Shown: positions 49,537-60,010 of the stretch, one piece after another
How positions within the stretch are numbered: position 1 is the stretch's first letter
Layout: the number at the start of each line of letters is the position of its first letter
From: a virus
Taxonomy: Duplodnaviria; Caudoviricetes
IMG/VR virus record: IMGVR_UViG_3300033120_000865
Coordinates: 38,595-102,594 of that record
Length of the DNA stretch: 64,000 nt
Reading direction: 5' to 3' (one strand)
Translations under genes and position numbers: made by a program
Notes under the pieces: generated by a model
What the model saw: only the letters and a program-made list of their open reading frames with translations
What the model was told of the DNA's origin: nothing
Databases searched by the model: none

Positions 49537-52500
49537 ATGAGTTTAGGATGTACAATAAAAGAAATAAAAGAAAATGCTTTTAAAAGTATTCAAGAATTAG
49601 TCAAAACTAAAACCATCTCTATGTCTGGAGATGGTTTTATTGACTTTGATTACTTAAAGAGTAATGAATATAAGACTAAAGAGGCTGCTTATAATGTAGC
49701 TGTATCTGTTCAGAATAAAATTAAATCTTTCATATCAAATGAACTTGATTCAAAATTATCTGATGGATGGACAGAAATTATTCAAAATGATGAACAAGTA
49801 AGACTTCAATATCATTTTCCAAAACATGTTAGTGATTCTTTAAATAGAAAGTTTCAAATTGAAGAAGGAAGAGAAAAAATTGAAGAAGAAGTTCATGAAG
49901 CAAGAATACAACAAATTGAAGATGCTAAAAGAGCAGGAATAGATGAGTCTGAATTTAAAGATGGTTATATGTATTTTCAATATCAAGAAGATTTTGATGA
50001 TTTTATGGACCCAGATATTCAAGAAAGATTAGAGAATTCTATTCCAAATGATTTTAGTTCTTATAAAAAACATAAAGTTGATTTGTTAAAAAGACTTGAA
50101 GATAAGTATGAAACATATAAAACTCTTAATAAAACTAATTATGGTACACATAAATATAAAGCTGATACTTATGCTTTTCAGAATACTATAACAAAATTAA
50201 AAGATGAGATTGAAAATATTGATTTAGATAACACTGAAGTTATGTTTCAAGATGTTATTAATGAATTAGACTATCTTAATGGAATTCTTGATACTACTGA
50301 TACTGAAATATTAGGGAACCAGGATGTTATAAATAGAATAGATTTCCTTAATCAAATGATTACAGGACAAAATCTTAATGGTGAGTTGGTTAATTATAAT
50401 GTGTGGAATGGTGATACTTATGTAAAGTATGATTCTCTCATTATTGCCAATATGACTAAATTAACTAATAAACTTAAGACAAAACAACAAGAACTTATTA
50501 AAGATTTACTTTCTAAAGATATTATATTTCAAGCTCATAAAGATAATTTTACTGAAGAAGAAGTTCAATCTTTATTTGAAAAGATGTCTGATATTAATAT
50601 ACTACAAGAATTATTTCTTGGTATTAATTCTAATAATGATAGTGTAGTAGCAACATTATTAAATACTACATTTCAAACTAATGTTCAAAAAACAAAACAA
50701 TTTGCAAGACCTTTTGTTGAATCTATTAAACAATTGGATAAAAAACTAAAAGATAAAGACTTTCAACTTGAAAATTTCTTTGAGAAAGATGAAGAAGGTA
50801 TTGATACTGGTAATATAGTTCATAAATATACTAAAAAATATTTTAAAAAATTATATGATTACTATGAGATAAATAAAGAATTCAATCAAGCTAATAAGGA
50901 GAAAAAGCCATTAGTTTATAATAAAAAAATTACATGGTTAAAAGAAAATACTAATGTTATTGATTTTAGAAAGATAAAATACTTTAAAGATGTGTATGGA
51001 GACCAATATGATAATTTTTTTACAACATCAGATGAAGATATGTCTTCTTATGAAAATGAATTAAAACAATCATTAGGTAAATTATATGATTATCATATTA
51101 AAGATTTAGAGAAGAAGTTATCTGAATATGAAAATTATAAAATGAATGAAGAATTAAAAGGTAGTAAATGGTTAAATAAAAATATTAATTCAAATAGTCC
51201 TTGGGTATTTATTCAAAACTATAATTCAGAAAATGCTTATAATCAAGTTGAATATTCAAGTGGAGATAATACTTATTTTACATATAATAATAGTAAATTT
51301 ATTGAATATGTTCCAAAGAAAAATAAAGTTAATGTAGATACAAATGAATCAGAAAGTACAGGATATTTCAATGATAAATTTAATGATATTGAAAAAGATG
51401 AAGATGCATTTAATTATTGGGAAAGTATTAGAGAAGTTTATACTAAACATATAAATCCTACTTATTCTTCTATGGGTAATCATGTATCTTCACTATCTTG
51501 GGCTAAGTTTGAAAGAAGCTTTGGAGAAGAGATGAGTGTTAGTAAAGGTATAAAAAGTTTCTTTAAAAATTTATATGAGGAAGCTAAAAAATCTTTTAGA
51601 CAAATGTGGTATGAGAGAGGATTTCATAAAGAAGATTCTGGTATTAAAAGTAATTATACTGATGCTACAAATAAGTTAATCAATACTATGAAGAAATATT
51701 TAAGTCTAAAAGACATTAAAGAAATTCAGGAAATGGCTGACTTAGAAGGTATAGAATATAAAGATTTAGAAAAAATTATTAATGGATTAAAAGATACTGA
51801 TGCAAAAGCTAGTTCAGAAGAATTTAAAAAAGATTTAATTGATAAGATTGCAAGAAAAAAAGTATTCTCTGATTATTCTAAAGATTTAACAAAAGTTACT
51901 TTAGCTTTGTCTGACTTAGCTACATTACATAAAACAAGACAAGAAACTCAGTTTATTGCTGATATGTTATTAAACTATCATAAAACAATTAAAGATAATG
52001 ATGGTAAAAAAGATAGAAATAGGTCTAATAAGAAATTACAGTCTTGGGTATCAACTAATATCTATAATGAAAGAGCAGTAAGTAGAGGAAATAATGAAGA
52101 TGGATTGGGAACTGAAAATAGTCAAAGATTTTGGAAGTATTATTCAGATACAGAAAAAGATTTACTTAAAATATTAGAAAGTTTAAAAGATAAGAGTGCA
52201 GACAATACTATTAATTTTTCATTCTTTAATAATGGAGTTAGCTATACTAAAAAAGGAAATTCATATTATGAAACTCTTGAAGGTAAGCCTGCTAAATTAG
52301 ATAAGGAAGGATTTGAAAAAGCTTTAGAAAATTATATTGATAGTGAGATAAATAGATTAGGTATTCCTATAACTCCTGGTGGAGTTGGTTTAGGTATAAT
52401 GAAAACAATTATTGCTAAATCATTAGCATTGAATCCTATATCTGGTATATTTAATAGGGTTGATGGTTTGTTTGCTAATACTATCAGAGATAGAATGGGA

Positions 52501-54189
52501 GATTATTGGAGTTCTGGTAATCTTAAACATTCAAAAAGATTCATGGCTTTAGCTAATATTAATAAATTTGCTGGGGAAAAATTAAGTATTGAGAATAAAC
52601 AAAAAGCTTTACAAATGAAGTCTTTTCAGTTATTACTTGATGAACTTTCTTTATTCCAAGATAAGAAGAATGAATTAGATAGAAAAGATAAAGAATCTAA
52701 ATTTGATTCATGGAAAGAAAAATTAAATATATTTCAATTTGCAGTAGATAATCCTGAATTTAAAAATCAAGGAGAGATTGTTCTCTCTATGTTAATGGAC
52801 ACTTATATAAAAGATAATGAAGGTAAAGAATATAGGTTTTTTGATGGTTCTGGTTTTCCTGCTTATAAACCAGGAACTCTAACATTAGCTGATAACTTTA
52901 AAAATGAAGAAAATAATGGTTGGGAAGATTTTCATATTAATACTGAAAATCCAAGCTTTAATCAATTCTTTGTTCAAAAACTAAAGATTGAAGATACTAT
53001 TAAGAAAACTCAAGGTAATTATGCTTCATTAGATAGTATTCAAATACTTGATAATAACTGGGGTAAATTCATGATGCTATTTATGAGATGGATGCCTGAA
53101 CATGTTAATCAAAGATTTGGTACAAGAAGTGTAGATATTGTGCAAGGTAAGAAGAAAATTGCTGGTAGATATAGAGGACTATTAAATAATGCTGGAGCAA
53201 CTGGTATATTTGGTTCTGTTGCATTAGGAATAAGTTTTGGTCCAATTGGGGCTTTAGTGGGAGCTAGTGCTGCTATTATACCTTTTGTTATTCAGAAATG
53301 GTATTCTAAAAATGTATATGGAGAGAAAGATGTTCAAAATCATTTATTTGATATACATACAAGTATTGGATTTATGAAAGAAATATTAATTCAATCTATG
53401 AACTTACCATTAAAAATGGCTTATGGTAAAACTAATCTTGATACTATTATAAAAAATAATAAATTATATCAAAATCCAAATTTATCTCAAGATGAAGTAA
53501 AAGCATTAAAAGGTATGGCTCAAGAATCAGCTATCATGTTAACTCAATTAGTTACATTAATGTTATTAAAATCTTTATTATGGGATAATGATGATGAAGA
53601 TGAAGATTATAGAAGACAATTTCATAATTTTGTTGACAATCAAGCTAATAGGTCTATTGGTAATATGTTAAATTGGAGTAATCCAAGAACACTTGTAGAT
53701 GAAAATTCTAAATTAGCAATGCTAAGATATATAGGGGATGTTGAAAAATTAATTACACATATTAATGATTATTATGTAAAAGATAAAGGTAGTGCTTCTG
53801 ATTTAATGTATGATTTTACTAAAATACAACCATTTATACCTGTACCTAATTCTGTTAATAAAGCAACATTTAAAGGAGAAGTTCCTGGTTTAGATAAAAA
53901 AGAATATAAAGGTAGTCAATGGTTTGATGCTTATGCTAAAGGTGAAGAATGGGTAAGTAAGAAACAACTTCAAAATAAAAGAAGTAAGTTTAAGCAAGAA
54001 TATGAAGAGATAATTAGACAGAAATATGAAGCTAAAGATATACCTGAAGAAAGATTAGAAAAAATAATTGATAAACAAGTAAATAAAAGAATGGCTAAAT
54101 ATGATATAAAGAAAAGAAAGAATGAAACAGCAACTGAAGCTTTAAAGAGAATTGATTTTGAAGAGAAGACTGATGCTATTACTAAATAG
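49537..54189 (+). CDS. large virion cargo/ejection protein with TM hairpin
   Basis: 1550 aa; QGNY...GKFMMLFMRWMP, Gly-rich hydrophobic segment. Confidence 0.6.
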   Translation: MSLGCTIKEIKENAFKSIQELVKTKTISMSGDGFIDFDYLKSNEYKTKEAAYNVAVSVQNKIKSFISNELDSKLSDGWTEIIQNDEQVRLQYHFPKHVSDSLNRKFQIEEGREKIEEEVHEARIQQIEDAKRAGIDESEFKDGYMYFQYQEDFDDFMDPDIQERLENSIPNDFSSYKKHKVDLLKRLEDKYETYKTLNKTNYGTHKYKADTYAFQNTITKLKDEIENIDLDNTEVMFQDVINELDYLNGILDTTDTEILGNQDVINRIDFLNQMITGQNLNGELVNYNVWNGDTYVKYDSLIIANMTKLTNKLKTKQQELIKDLLSKDIIFQAHKDNFTEEEVQSLFEKMSDINILQELFLGINSNNDSVVATLLNTTFQTNVQKTKQFARPFVESIKQLDKKLKDKDFQLENFFEKDEEGIDTGNIVHKYTKKYFKKLYDYYEINKEFNQANKEKKPLVYNKKITWLKENTNVIDFRKIKYFKDVYGDQYDNFFTTSDEDMSSYENELKQSLGKLYDYHIKDLEKKLSEYENYKMNEELKGSKWLNKNINSNSPWVFIQNYNSENAYNQVEYSSGDNTYFTYNNSKFIEYVPKKNKVNVDTNESESTGYFNDKFNDIEKDEDAFNYWESIREVYTKHINPTYSSMGNHVSSLSWAKFERSFGEEMSVSKGIKSFFKNLYEEAKKSFRQMWYERGFHKEDSGIKSNYTDATNKLINTMKKYLSLKDIKEIQEMADLEGIEYKDLEKIINGLKDTDAKASSEEFKKDLIDKIARKKVFSDYSKDLTKVTLALSDLATLHKTRQETQFIADMLLNYHKTIKDNDGKKDRNRSNKKLQSWVSTNIYNERAVSRGNNEDGLGTENSQRFWKYYSDTEKDLLKILESLKDKSADNTINFSFFNNGVSYTKKGNSYYETLEGKPAKLDKEGFEKALENYIDSEINRLGIPITPGGVGLGIMKTIIAKSLALNPISGIFNRVDGLFANTIRDRMGDYWSSGNLKHSKRFMALANINKFAGEKLSIENKQKALQMKSFQLLLDELSLFQDKKNELDRKDKESKFDSWKEKLNIFQFAVDNPEFKNQGEIVLSMLMDTYIKDNEGKEYRFFDGSGFPAYKPGTLTLADNFKNEENNGWEDFHINTENPSFNQFFVQKLKIEDTIKKTQGNYASLDSIQILDNNWGKFMMLFMRWMPEHVNQRFGTRSVDIVQGKKKIAGRYRGLLNNAGATGIFGSVALGISFGPIGALVGASAAIIPFVIQKWYSKNVYGEKDVQNHLFDIHTSIGFMKEILIQSMNLPLKMAYGKTNLDTIIKNNKLYQNPNLSQDEVKALKGMAQESAIMLTQLVTLMLLKSLLWDNDDEDEDYRRQFHNFVDNQANRSIGNMLNWSNPRTLVDENSKLAMLRYIGDVEKLITHINDYYVKDKGSASDLMYDFTKIQPFIPVPNSVNKATFKGEVPGLDKKEYKGSQWFDAYAKGEEWVSKKQLQNKRSKFKQEYEEIIRQKYEAKDIPEERLEKIIDKQVNKRMAKYDIKKRKNETATEALKRIDFEEKTDAITK

Positions 54190-54207
54190 GTAAGAGAAAT
54201 TTTTTAG

Positions 54208-54242
54208 AAAACCCAATAGTGTAACAAACTATTGGGTTTTTT
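54208..54242. terminator. bidirectional intrinsic terminator at the convergence point
   Basis: aaaacccaatagt-gtaacaa-actattgggtttt(tt), 13-bp stem. Confidence 0.85.
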
Positions 54243-54370
54243 ACTTAACATAAAGTGAAAATCAAACTATTATGTTTCAACATTACTATTTTAGTATTAA
54301 AAATATGGTTTTACGATACCAATATTTAATATACTATTCAAGATTTATTCACCCATCTTTAAATAATAAT

Positions 54371-54444
54371 TGGGGTGTTGCAGGGATTTGAACCCTATCC
54401 TCCTGATTCACAGTCAGGCACTTTACCAATTAAGCTAACAACAC
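54371..54444 (-). tRNA. tRNA-His(GTG), CCA encoded
   Basis: Anticodon arm CCTGA-CTGTGAA-TCAGG; T loop TTCAAAT. Confidence 0.9.
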
Positions 54445-54446
54445 AG

Positions 54447-54519
54447 TGAAAGTACTTAGATTTGAACTAATGACACTCTGCTCTTCAAACAGATGCTCTA
54501 CCAACTGAGCTATACTTTC
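54447..54519 (-). tRNA. tRNA-Phe(GAA)
   Basis: GAAAGTA/TACTTTC acceptor; TCTGT-TTGAAGA-GCAGA. Confidence 0.88.
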
Positions 54520-54562
54520 TTCTTCAAGTTAGTTAAAGTGCAACTTGATAGTAATCACTATG

Positions 54563-54633
54563 TAAACTTATCAGGACTCGAACCTAAAATAACTGCACCA
54601 AAAACAGTTGTGTTACCATTACACCATAAGTTT
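54563..54633 (-). tRNA. tRNA-Gln(TTG)
   Basis: AAACTTA/TAAGTTT acceptor; ACTGT-TTTTGGT-GCAGT; GTTCGAG. Confidence 0.85.
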
Positions 54634-54699
54634 TTTCATTGTGGGTATAACATATTGATACACACTTAATCCTTAATCAAATTGTTATTAAGGCAATTG

Positions 54700-54788
54700 C
54701 AGAGAGTACAGGATTTGAACCTGTGAACCCCTTTTCAGAAGTTGCCTGATTAGCAGTCAGGTGGATTAAACCACTCTCCCAACTCTCT
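54700..54788 (-). tRNA. tRNA-Ser(GCT)
   Basis: CCTGA-CTGCTAA-TCAGG, long variable arm, discriminator G. Confidence 0.9.
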
Positions 54789-54794
54789 ATTATG

Positions 54795-54868
54795 TGGACC
54801 TCAAAGGACTTGAACCTTTAACCTTTTCATTATGAGTGAATTGCTCTAACCAATTGAGCTAAAGGTCC
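54795..54868 (-). tRNA. tRNA-CAT, most likely Ile2 (lysidine, reads ATA); elongator Met not excluded
   Basis: GGACCTTTAGCTCAATTGGTTAGAGC body resembling Ile2 tRNAs; loop CTCATAA. Confidence 0.8.
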
Positions 54869-54875
54869 AAATTTG

Positions 54876-54947
54876 CTGGATAGATAGGACTCGAACCTAT
54901 ACTCTACTGATTAACAGTCAGTTGCTTCACCATTAAGCTACTATCCA
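54876..54947 (-). tRNA. tRNA-Asn(GTT)
   Basis: ACTGA-CTGTTAA-TCAGT; discriminator G. Confidence 0.9.
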
Positions 54948-54953
54948 ATATTG

Positions 54954-55026
54954 TGGAGAAGATGGGATTTGAACCCACATAATCTTCATTGCAAATGAAG
55001 TGCATAACCAATCATGCTCCAACCCC
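54954..55026 (-). tRNA. tRNA-Ala(TGC)
   Basis: CTTCA-TTTGCAA-TGAAG; G3:U70 pair present; two U-U mismatches in the acceptor stem. Confidence 0.82.
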
Positions 55027-55028
55027 AT

Positions 55029-55060
55029 AAAAAATCCTCCTATTATTAGTAGGAGGATTT
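55029..55060 (-). terminator. attenuator terminator immediately 5' of the tRNA array
   Basis: AAATCCTCCTA-CTAATAA-TAGGAGGATTT, U6 run, ends 2 nt before tRNA-Ala. Confidence 0.85.
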
Positions 55061-55086
55061 ATGTTTTTATAAATAAATTTAATTAA

Positions 55087-55164
55087 TTATATACCATCAA
55101 AATCCTCCTTGAGATTACTCTCATGGTTGAAATTAAATGCTATATTTTGAATTGACTTTTTCAT
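55087..55164 (-). CDS. leader peptide MKKSIQNIAFNFNHESNLKEDFDGI (tRNA-array attenuator)
   Basis: ATG AAA AAG TCA ATT CAA AAT ATA GCA TTT AAT TTC AAC CAT GAG AGT AAT CTC AAG GAG GAT TTT GAT GGT ATA TAA. Confidence 0.75.
   Translation of the reverse strand: MKKSIQNIAFNFNHESNLKEDFDGI
55100..55109 (-). promoter_or_regulatory. antiterminator strand
   Basis: AGGAGGATTT, perfect complement of the terminator 5' arm AAATCCTCCT (55060-55051). Confidence 0.75.
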
Positions 55165-55179
55165 CTGTATTATTTATTG

Positions 55180-55210
55180 CAAATATATAAACTATTTTCT
55201 AATATACAAA
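55180..55210 (-). promoter_or_regulatory. Bacteroidota sigma-A promoter for leader + tRNA array
   Basis: TTTG(55210-55207)-N19-TATATTTG(55187-55180). Confidence 0.8.
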
Positions 55211-55213
55211 TAA

Positions 55214-57037
<1,824 letters not shown>

Positions 57038-57038
<1 letters not shown>

Positions 57039-57454
57039 TATAATTGTTTTTTATTAGTTACCATGAAAATATCATCCTGTTTCATCATTAAAAATTTACC
57101 TTCTGGTAAATCAATATCAATTCCAGAATATTTACCAAATAAAACTTCATCTCCTGGCTTTACAACCATATCAATATCTTTAGTTCCTGGTCCTACCAAA
57201 ACTACTTCACCTTTCATAGGTTTTTCTTTTGCACTATCAGGGATATAAATTCCTGATGCTGTTTTAGTTTCAGCTTCTGCTGATTTAATTAGCACTCTAT
57301 CTGCTAACATTTCATTATTTGTCATTTCATTTTTGTTTAAATATTGTTCAATTTCATCTTTTAATTTACCTGGTACTAAATAAACATCTTGTGTACTTCC
57401 ATTTTCTAAAGAAAATCTTATACCAATAAGTTCAGTTTTACCTTTTTTTATCAT
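57038..57454 (-). CDS. groES: co-chaperonin GroES with N-terminal extension
   Basis: LADRVLI...KTASGIYIPDSAKEKP.KGEVVLVGPG...VKPGDEVLFGKYSG. Confidence 0.92.
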
Positions 57455-58035
57455 GGTATATATAAATTAGTTGGATTGTCTTTATGAATCTCAATATCTT
57501 TATAATTTTCACTAAACTCTCTTAAATCAAAAGGTTTTGTAATTAAATGTAATCCAGATTTTGAAGGAATATAAACAATAGTGTTTTTACCATCTGGTTT
57601 AGAACTATTAATTAAGTCTTCCATACACATTAAATATTCATAAGTTTTATCACCATCTATATCAAGAATCCATTTCTTTTCATTATCATTATGACCTAAT
57701 CCACAAGCTCTATCATAAGATGCTTTTAAGAATTTATACTCTCTATTCATCATAGTATTAGCTAAATTGGTCATAGCTTTAAAACCTACTTTCTCATAAG
57801 ACCTCTTATTTAATCTAATAGAAGCTCTTGCATTAAAAACTTCACATAATTTTTTAATTTCATCATAATGACTAATTAAATATTCTTCTGAATTTATGTA
57901 ATAGTTTTTAATAACTCTACTATTGCTACCTATTTGTGGATTCTCTTTCTTTCTTTGAAGAATCTGAAGATAATAAAAATCATCTTCAGATTCAAATTTT
58001 AAGAAAGGTAATATTAATCTTAAATTATCAACCAT
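57451..58035 (-). CDS. conserved phage protein (possible primase/polymerase-like fold)
   Basis: WILDID, PSKSGLHLIT motifs. Confidence 0.55.
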   Translation of the reverse strand: MVDNLRLILPFLKFESEDDFYYLQILQRKKENPQIGSNSRVIKNYYINSEEYLISHYDEIKKLCEVFNARASIRLNKRSYEKVGFKAMTNLANTMMNREYKFLKASYDRACGLGHNDNEKKWILDIDGDKTYEYLMCMEDLINSSKPDGKNTIVYIPSKSGLHLITKPFDLREFSENYKDIEIHKDNPTNLYIP

Positions 58036-59252
58036 TATTTTTTAGAATCATATTCAAGATTCATTACTTTAGCTGAAAAACTACTATCAAGAGTTCTGAC
58101 TACTATACCTTCAATCATATTTTCTTTAAAATATTTATTACAGGTATTTATTAAATGGTCTTTTGAAACAAATGGTTGCATAAATACAGTTTTTACTTTT
58201 TCAAACTGTAATGTAGAAGGTGGAGCTGAAAAATAATTTAAAACTCCTCTAAATTCTTCATCACTTTGTCTAACTGCTATATTATTTTCAAATTTATCTA
58301 AACCAAAAAACTTAATATTAGCTTTTTCTTTAGATGCTGGATTATTTTTATTACCAGAACCTTTAAGACTTCCACCATTTAATTCTCCTCTTAACACCCA
58401 ATTTTCCATTGAAGATTTTATAATTTCATTTAGATATGGTTTACCATATTTTACAAAATCATCATCATTCTCAACTTCTTCATAAATTTTTAAATCAGGT
58501 ATAATACCAAATACAGATTTAATCCATTCCCAAATAGTTGGTTTTCTAAAATCCACTACTTTTTTGATAGTTAAAAGTTTATTAACATTTCTTGAACAAA
58601 TAAATCCTTCACCATTCTTAATGCCAATAGTTATAGAACTTCCATCTATTTTTTCAGTACCTACTAAAATAACTGGATAACCTATTTTGTTTTCTAAATG
58701 ATTCCAAAGATTATTAATATTTTCTTCATCAGTTTTATAAACTCCTTCAGGAAATACTTTACCAGCACCAATTTTAATACCATATTTATTAGTATGTTCT
58801 GGTTCTTCATATTTAGTAATTTTTAACATCTCTGTTAAATCTAATAAACTAAAACTATCTGAAAATATATCAATTTTAATTAAACCTAAATAATTTAAAA
58901 CTTCATTTAAAGGTAATAAAATACCATTACTATAAACAGGGTCTCCATTTGGTACTTTAGAAAGATTAAACTTTTTAGCTCTAATTCTTCTTGCTTGACC
59001 ACCAACTTTACCTAACATTGATTTACTTTCATCACCATTAGGTCTAATGAATGAATCAAATAAACTTATATCAGATAGGTTATAATCAGGTTGAATAAGT
59101 ACAGCTTTATCACCTATCTGGTATAAAGTTTTGTTTGCTACTAATTCATATCCTACTTCTTCTAATGCTATTAGTTCAATAGCATTAGCTTGTTCTTCTC
59201 CTTTAAATAAAGGAATTTTGTTTTTAATTGTTACTATTTGTACAGCACTCAT
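58035..59252 (-). CDS. RNA ligase (DRB0094/Rnl2-like)
   Basis: TEKIDGSS (motif I), CSRN, LRGEL, FFGL, EGIVVR; N-terminal OB-like domain. Confidence 0.85.
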   Translation of the reverse strand: MSAVQIVTIKNKIPLFKGEEQANAIELIALEEVGYELVANKTLYQIGDKAVLIQPDYNLSDISLFDSFIRPNGDESKSMLGKVGGQARRIRAKKFNLSKVPNGDPVYSNGILLPLNEVLNYLGLIKIDIFSDSFSLLDLTEMLKITKYEEPEHTNKYGIKIGAGKVFPEGVYKTDEENINNLWNHLENKIGYPVILVGTEKIDGSSITIGIKNGEGFICSRNVNKLLTIKKVVDFRKPTIWEWIKSVFGIIPDLKIYEEVENDDDFVKYGKPYLNEIIKSSMENWVLRGELNGGSLKGSGNKNNPASKEKANIKFFGLDKFENNIAVRQSDEEFRGVLNYFSAPPSTLQFEKVKTVFMQPFVSKDHLINTCNKYFKENMIEGIVVRTLDSSFSAKVMNLEYDSKK

Positions 59253-59253
59253 A

Positions 59254-59739
59254 TTATTTAATTAATTCTATTAATAATTTAGGTTGATAATCAACTACTT
59301 CACAAGATACATTTACATATCTTGCATCATCAAGACTATTTTCATGTACATGACCATGTATATTATACTTAACTCTATAATCTAATTCACTTGTATGAAT
59401 AGGATAATGAGTTAAAAATACTTGACCAAGTTCCTTATGTTTATATTTAAACATTCCACATACAGAATTTACATATTTAAGTAATTCTGGTATATGTTGG
59501 GGTTCATCATGGTTTCCAAGAACTACTTTCTTGATACCATTAAGTCTATTTAGTATTTCATAATTAGACTTTTCCATAGTTATATCTCCAAGAATCCAAG
59601 TAACATCTTTTTTAGATACTACTTTATTCCATTGACTTATAATATGTTCATTCATAGATTCTGCATTAGTAAAACCTCTTTTTATAGCCATATTAGTATG
59701 ATGAAAATGTGTATCTGAAATAAATCTAACTACTGACAT
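59254..59739 (-). CDS. metallophosphoesterase (calcineurin-like)
   Basis: SDTHF, LGD, GNHD, THYP, HGHVH. Confidence 0.88.
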   Translation of the reverse strand: MSVVRFISDTHFHHTNMAIKRGFTNAESMNEHIISQWNKVVSKKDVTWILGDITMEKSNYEILNRLNGIKKVVLGNHDEPQHIPELLKYVNSVCGMFKYKHKELGQVFLTHYPIHTSELDYRVKYNIHGHVHENSLDDARYVNVSCEVVDYQPKLLIELIK

Positions 59740-60007
59740 TTTTTAACTCAAATTGAAAACTATTATTCCATATAGTTTTATCATTTATTTTCAATTCAAT
59801 AGTAGATTTACCATTATTTTCTACTACTGGTAAAAATTCTTCTGTTTCATTAATAACTTCCCATTCTACATCAAAATTAGGATTTGAATAAGCAATATCT
59901 AAAGGTAAAGTACCTTCATTTAATTGTTTTATCATTTCTTCTTTTGTAATTGTTTCATTTGGAAATTTTAATTTACACCAAGTTGTACATTTATAATATA
60001 ATTCCAT
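59726..60007 (-). CDS. hypothetical protein
   Basis: 93-aa ORF in operon. Confidence 0.6.
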   Translation of the reverse strand: MELYYKCTTWCKLKFPNETITKEEMIKQLNEGTLPLDIAYSNPNFDVEWEVINETEEFLPVVENNGKSTIELKINDKTIWNNSFQFELKNVSS

Positions 60008-60010
60008 AAT

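Noticed and set aside
5299-54189. Stop-codon reassignment (TAG/TGA recoding known in some Crassvirales)
   Set aside because: Genes up to 13 kb are open in the standard code, TAG and TGA serve as real stops (e.g. 21392, 54189, 57451), and no suppressor tRNA is present.
55029-55060. Hairpin as a simple groEL operon terminator
   Set aside because: It lies ~150 nt past the groEL stop, downstream of a separate promoter and leader ORF, and only 2 nt before tRNA-Ala, leaving no room for another promoter; it may still also stop groEL read-through.
55100-55110. AAGGAGG as a Shine-Dalgarno site
   Set aside because: Other genes here lack SD motifs, as is typical of Bacteroidota, and the following ATG gives only M-V-Y-N-stop; the 10-nt complementarity to the terminator arm explains it better.
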